DNA from: Candidatus Nitrosopumilus koreensis AR1
GTDB taxonomy: Archaea > Thermoproteota > Nitrososphaeria > Nitrososphaerales > Nitrosopumilaceae
DNA length: 32,000 nucleotides
NCBI RefSeq assembly: GCF_000299365.1
Contig: NC_018655.1
Span: forward strand, 1,500,001 to 1,532,000
Direction: 5' to 3'
This document shows, piece by piece, positions 27,859 through 32,000 of the stretch; positions within the stretch are counted from its first letter, which is position 1; every line of letters begins with the position of its first letter. Made by a program: the position numbers and the translations under genes. Below the pieces are notes generated by a model. The model saw only the letters and a program-made list of their open reading frames with translations. It searched no databases and was not told the DNA's origin.

Positions 27859-28697
27859 AAGTAAAGCCATTTGATTATAAAAAACGAAACATATCAGTTT
27901 GGAATGAAGTTGCACCAAGATATCATAAAAGATGGGCAACAGCTAAAAAAGGCCCATTTCAAAGTACAAAAAAACTAGTTGAATTAGTTGGTGTAAAAAA
28001 AGGAGATCATATTCTCGATGTTGCAAGTGGAACAGGGGTTGTTACAAAATTACTAAATCAAAAGGCAGGAAAATCTGGATTTGTGGTTGGTGCAGATACA
28101 TCAACTACCGCAATCAAAGTTGCAAAAAAATGGAACATTAAATCTTCAAATTTATTATTTGTCAATGCCGATGCTGAAAACTTTTCATTTAAAGAAAAAT
28201 TTGACATTATCACATGTCAGTATGCACTGTTTTTTTTTCCAAATGCCCAAAAAGCTCTAAAAAATATGAAAAATAGCCTCAAAGAATCAGGTAAATTGGG
28301 AATATCTGTTCATGGACATCCTGATAGAGTCCCATATTTTGATAGTATTTTTGAGGCTGTAACTCAATTTATCCCAAATTATGTTCCACCTGGAACTCCA
28401 GATTTTGATAGATTTGGAACAAAAAAATCACTCAAAGATGAGATAAAAAAAGCAGGCTTTAGAAAAATCACAGTAAAAGATTACAATTTTCCATACAGCC
28501 CAGGTAATTTTGATCAATATTGGGGTAATTATCTCAGATATGTAGCAAAACCAATCAAAGAGAAATTAGATTCGCTTGAAAAATCTCAGAGAAGAGAACT
28601 CAAAGAGATGGTTAAAGAGAATACAAAACCATACACAAAAAAGAATGGTATAATTGAATTTCCTTGGGAAGTTTTAATTTTAACAGCAAAACACTAG
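27855..28697 (+). CDS. SAM-dependent methyltransferase (class I)
   Basis: 280 aa; LVGVKKGDHILDVASGTGVVTKLLNQ, FVVGADTS, FDIITCQYALFFFPN. Confidence 0.9.
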   Translation: MKVKPFDYKKRNISVWNEVAPRYHKRWATAKKGPFQSTKKLVELVGVKKGDHILDVASGTGVVTKLLNQKAGKSGFVVGADTSTTAIKVAKKWNIKSSNLLFVNADAENFSFKEKFDIITCQYALFFFPNAQKALKNMKNSLKESGKLGISVHGHPDRVPYFDSIFEAVTQFIPNYVPPGTPDFDRFGTKKSLKDEIKKAGFRKITVKDYNFPYSPGNFDQYWGNYLRYVAKPIKEKLDSLEKSQRRELKEMVKENTKPYTKKNGIIEFPWEVLILTAKH

Positions 28698-28712
28698 GAA
28701 ATCAGAAGAGAA

Positions 28713-29195
28713 ATGGTTAAAGACAAAAAAAAGATAGATGAAGAGAAACCAAAAAAGTCAGGTCTAAAGGCATTTCTTAAAAAAAGAGCACCATTTTATC
28801 TTGCAGCTATTGCATTAATAGCAATTTCAGCTCAAAGCGTACTGTCAGAGAAAAATTTTGAAAATAGTCTACCAGAGTTATCAGGAGAAGAACAAAGGGC
28901 GGTAGATATTTTGATGAATTATAATGCAGGAGTAGAATCCAAATTGACTGTAAAAGAAGTGATAAAAAATCAGATAGATGAAGAATATCCAGATGAGAAA
29001 ATTTATGAACACAAGAAAACTGTTCTGGATTTGAATGTGACAAATGTAAATTCAGATGAATATAATGTAATTTTGAATTTCAAATCATACAAAGGAGAAA
29101 TGAATTTTGATTGGAATGTTAATGTTGACACCAATACAATTACATCAAATAATCCTGAATCAAAACATGTAATTGATGTGGTTACCTTTTCCTAG
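28713..29195 (+). CDS. Hypothetical single-TM protein
   Basis: 160 aa; Lys-rich N-terminus, TM helix APFYLAAIALIAISAQSVL, soluble C-terminal domain. Confidence 0.6.
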   Translation: MVKDKKKIDEEKPKKSGLKAFLKKRAPFYLAAIALIAISAQSVLSEKNFENSLPELSGEEQRAVDILMNYNAGVESKLTVKEVIKNQIDEEYPDEKIYEHKKTVLDLNVTNVNSDEYNVILNFKSYKGEMNFDWNVNVDTNTITSNNPESKHVIDVVTFS

Positions 29196-29197
29196 GC

Positions 29198-30286
29198 TCA
29201 AATTGTGACTAAATCTTTTGTAAATTTATGCATCACAATAGGTTTTTTCTTAACAATCAAAGAATCTTCTATTCGAATTCCAAATTTATTTTCAATATAG
29301 ATTCCTGGTTCCACTGTAATTGCCATATTTTCTTTAAGTTTTGTATCGCTTCGATATGAAACTGTTGGTAGTTCATGTACCTCCAATCCAATTCCATGTC
29401 CAGTTGAATGAATAAAATATTGACCATAATTTTTTTCATCAATGTACTTTCTACATGCATGATCAACATCTTTACAATTTACATTTGGTTTTACAGCTTT
29501 TAGTCCAAGTTTTTGTGATTCTTTAACAATTTCATATGCTTCTTTTGCTTGTGATGAAATATTTCCTATTGCAAAGGTTCTTGTTGCATCAGAAACGTAT
29601 CCTTTGTATCTTAATGTAAGATCGGTTACAACAAGATCACCTTTTTTGAATTTTCTCTGTGTTACCTGAGCATGTGGTAATGCCCCATTGGGACCACCTG
29701 CAATAATTAGAGGGTTTAAAGTGGATTTGTATCCAGTATCAAACATTTGTTGTTCCATTGCATAAGTCATTAAAATCGTCTGTAATTCTGATTCTTTTTG
29801 GCCTACTTTGATCTTTTTTGCGCAGATTTCAAACATTTCATCAATGATTTTGGATGCTTTTTTGAGTATTTTGATCTCATTTTCATCTTTAATTATACGA
29901 GAATTGTAAAATGGTTCTGTAGATGATTTTATTTTTGGGACAGATTTTTTCAATGATGTCATTATAGGATAATTTTGGCAATCAGTACAAACACTGTTTT
30001 TCTTTATTTTCTTTACAAGTGAAGATACAAGACCAATTCCACGTTCTGCAGGAACAACATCACAGTCTTCAGATTCATCTTTGGCTCTTCCTACTTCAAG
30101 TTCTGGGGCAATTATAGTAGTTTTCCCATTTTTTTCTAGCAAACCTATTGCTTCACCCCAAAATCCAGTCATGTAAAAGAGGTTTTCAGGCTCAAAAGTG
30201 ACCAAAGTATCACAACTGATCTTTTGAGCATGTTTTAGTAGATTTTTTCTGCGTTGCTTCACACACAAAAAACACTCGTTTCTCAA
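29198..30286 (-). CDS. Xaa-Pro aminopeptidase/dipeptidase (M24 family)
   Basis: 362 aa; VVTDLTLRYKGYVSDATRTF, HSTGHGIGLEVHE, VEPGIYI, IRIEDSLIV carry the M24 metal ligands. The exact start is uncertain. Confidence 0.92.
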   Translation of the reverse strand: MRNECFLCVKQRRKNLLKHAQKISCDTLVTFEPENLFYMTGFWGEAIGLLEKNGKTTIIAPELEVGRAKDESEDCDVVPAERGIGLVSSLVKKIKKNSVCTDCQNYPIMTSLKKSVPKIKSSTEPFYNSRIIKDENEIKILKKASKIIDEMFEICAKKIKVGQKESELQTILMTYAMEQQMFDTGYKSTLNPLIIAGGPNGALPHAQVTQRKFKKGDLVVTDLTLRYKGYVSDATRTFAIGNISSQAKEAYEIVKESQKLGLKAVKPNVNCKDVDHACRKYIDEKNYGQYFIHSTGHGIGLEVHELPTVSYRSDTKLKENMAITVEPGIYIENKFGIRIEDSLIVKKKPIVMHKFTKDLVTI

Positions 30287-30334
30287 TTTATGTATGATGC
30301 AAAGTTTGTATATGGAAATTCCTCCTAGATCGCT

Positions 30335-31348
30335 GTGACTGAAGAAAAAGAGAAGAAAAAAGTGGTTGCATTACTGTCAGGCGGTTTAGACAGTCAACTT
30401 GCAGTTAGAATGATGCAAGAACAAGGATTTGATGTTTCAGCAGTTGCAATAAAAACTCCATTTTGTGATTTTGATTGCGGAAGAGGTTGTGGATTTGAGA
30501 TTAGAGAAAGAGCTGATGATCTTAATGTAAATTTGAAAACAGTATATCTTGGTGATGAATATATCGAGATGTTAAAGAATCCAAAACATGGAATTGGTGC
30601 TGGATTCAATCCATGTATTGATTGTAGAGCTATGATGTTTGATGCTGCAAAAAAACACATGGAAGAAATTGGTGCAGAATTTATTGTATCAGGAGAAGTG
30701 TTAGGTCAACGTCCAATGAGTCAACATGGACCTGCATTAAGAACTATTGAAAAAGAATCAGATCTTGTAGGAAAAATTGTGAGACCATTATCTGCTGGAT
30801 TATTACCAGAAACAATTCCTGAAAAAGAAGGTTTGATCAAAAGAGAAAATCTGGGAATGATAAGAGGTAGAACAAGAAGAAACCAATTAGACATGGCAAA
30901 AAAATATGGAATTGAGAATCCTCCTAATGCCGGGGGAGGATGTTTGTTAACAGAACCACAATTTGGAATTAAAGCTAAAGATCTTTTCAGTCATGTTGAA
31001 ACACCAACAATTAATGATATTGATTTGTTAAAAATTGGAAGACATTTTAGATTAGATGAAGAAACAAAATTAGTAGTTGGAAGAAATAAAGATGAAAACG
31101 AAATGATCAAAGCAATCGCATTACCAAATGATATTTTACTTGAGGTAAAGGATCATGTTGGACCAACTTCAATTCTACGAGGCAATAATGCAAAAAATCA
31201 TACAGAATTTGCATCATCAGTTACACTAAGATATTCAGATGCTCCAAAAGATCAATCAGAGATTGTTTTAGTAAAAAGAGGAGATGTTAGTGAAGAAATT
31301 AGTGCAAAGAGCATAGAAGAAGAAGCTTACATTAAATTTAGAATTTAG
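30335..31348 (+). CDS. PP-loop ATP-pyrophosphatase, ThiI/MnmA-like tRNA thiolation-type protein
   Basis: 337 aa (GTG start); VVALLSGGLDSQLAVRMM PP-loop, paired cysteines CDFDCGRGC and CIDCRAMMFDAAKKHMEEIGAEFIVSGEVLGQRPMSQ. Confidence 0.78.
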   Translation: MTEEKEKKKVVALLSGGLDSQLAVRMMQEQGFDVSAVAIKTPFCDFDCGRGCGFEIRERADDLNVNLKTVYLGDEYIEMLKNPKHGIGAGFNPCIDCRAMMFDAAKKHMEEIGAEFIVSGEVLGQRPMSQHGPALRTIEKESDLVGKIVRPLSAGLLPETIPEKEGLIKRENLGMIRGRTRRNQLDMAKKYGIENPPNAGGGCLLTEPQFGIKAKDLFSHVETPTINDIDLLKIGRHFRLDEETKLVVGRNKDENEMIKAIALPNDILLEVKDHVGPTSILRGNNAKNHTEFASSVTLRYSDAPKDQSEIVLVKRGDVSEEISAKSIEEEAYIKFRI

Positions 31349-31421
31349 GCGTAAATTTCTAAAAAAATTAGTCAAAACTAAGGAAGAGTTTTTGAGGGAG
31401 TAGATCGCATTTTTAATTAGA

Positions 31422-31700
31422 ATGCAAAAACAAGAAAATACGACATTTCTAAAGGCCATAACCATTAGAGATATCAGCGATGTTCATTCGATTCAGGAAG
31501 ATATCAAAAAAGATATGATTTTGATTCTTAGGGTGACACCTCTAGCTCAAAAAGATGTAGATCAGCTTAGAAAAGTTGTTGAAGAATTGTATTCTATTGC
31601 AAAAAGTGCTGGTGCAGATATTGCAAGGTTAGGTGAAGAAAGAATTATTGTTGCTCCATCTAACATAAAGATCTGGAAGCCAGAATATGATCTAAAATAA
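31422..31700 (+). CDS. sepF: SepF-like cell division protein
   Basis: 92 aa; FLKAITIRDISDVHSIQEDIKKDMILILRVTPLAQKDVDQLRKVVEELYSIAKSAGADIARLGEERIIVAPSNIKIW matches the compact archaeal SepF core. Confidence 0.85.
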   Translation: MQKQENTTFLKAITIRDISDVHSIQEDIKKDMILILRVTPLAQKDVDQLRKVVEELYSIAKSAGADIARLGEERIIVAPSNIKIWKPEYDLK

Positions 31701-32000
31701 TTTTATTGCTTCTTGAATTTGAGGATAATGAGCTGGAACTCTATGCATTCTTCTAATATTCATAGCAAGGTTTTCGGATTTCTTTCTTTCACCGTGATTA
31801 ACTAAAACTCTTCGGAGTTTTGGTCTGAGTCTTTGTACAAATGACATTAATTGATTATAATCACTATGCCCACTAAATCCATCCAATTTCTCTACACCAC
31901 AATTGATAGTTACAACTTCTACTTTACCTTCTTTTCCTAACATTGTTGCTTGTTTTGATCCATCAAGCACTCTTCTTCCCAAAGTTCCATTCACCTGATA
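31692..32000 (-). CDS. Beta-CASP metallo-beta-lactamase ribonuclease, aCPSF1/FttA-like (C-terminal fragment)
   Basis: Reading continues past the track start: ...YQVNGTLGRRVLDGSKQ...VEVVTINCGVEKLDGFSGHSDYNQLMSFVQRLRPKLRRVLVNHGE. FSGHSD is the beta-CASP motif. Confidence 0.85.
   Translation of the reverse strand, partial: YQVNGTLGRRVLDGSKQATMLGKEGKVEVVTINCGVEKLDGFSGHSDYNQLMSFVQRLRPKLRRVLVNHGERKKSENLAMNIRRMHRVPAHYPQIQEAIKLF

Overview
This window looks like a core chromosomal segment of a Nitrosopumilus-type ammonia-oxidising thaumarchaeon. That assignment is inferred from gene content, AT-rich composition, leaderless-style promoters and an Amt-family transporter. It is densely coding and mostly housekeeping. 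It contains A/V-type ATP synthase genes in three separate places (atpE-A-B on minus, atpI on plus, atpC on plus about 3.5 kb away), a rhodanese sulfurtransferase, and an ammonium transporter. It also contains a tmk - HD phosphohydrolase - UMP kinase run, Hsp20, an ABC1/UbiB kinase, and an FtsX-type ABC transporter cassette with a secreted partner. Further along are an AsnC-like regulator, a NUDIX hydrolase, an AbrB/PhoU protein, an archaeal CoA biosynthesis operon (pantoate kinase, phosphopantothenate synthetase, panB, coaBC), an M24 peptidase, a PP-loop tRNA-thiolation-like enzyme, SepF, and the C-terminus of an archaeal CPSF/FttA-like nuclease. I see no CRISPR array, transposon, prophage, rRNA or convincing tRNA, and no clear-cut new multi-gene defence-like system. 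The best leads are local. (1) The HD phosphohydrolase's conserved N-terminus has no usable start codon in frame, but an ATGA-coupled ATG becomes in frame if the adjacent A7 tract gains one A or the ribosome slips -1. (2) A Cas4-like protein keeps its iron-sulfur cysteines but appears to have lost the E-x-K catalytic residues. It sits beside atpC with no CRISPR nearby. (3) A thymidylate-kinase-like protein has altered P-loop and DRY motifs. (4) Several unannotated small proteins are present (a 36-aa membrane protein, a C2H2 mini zinc finger, a 59-aa Lys-rich protein in the CoA operon, and an LEA-like repeat protein).
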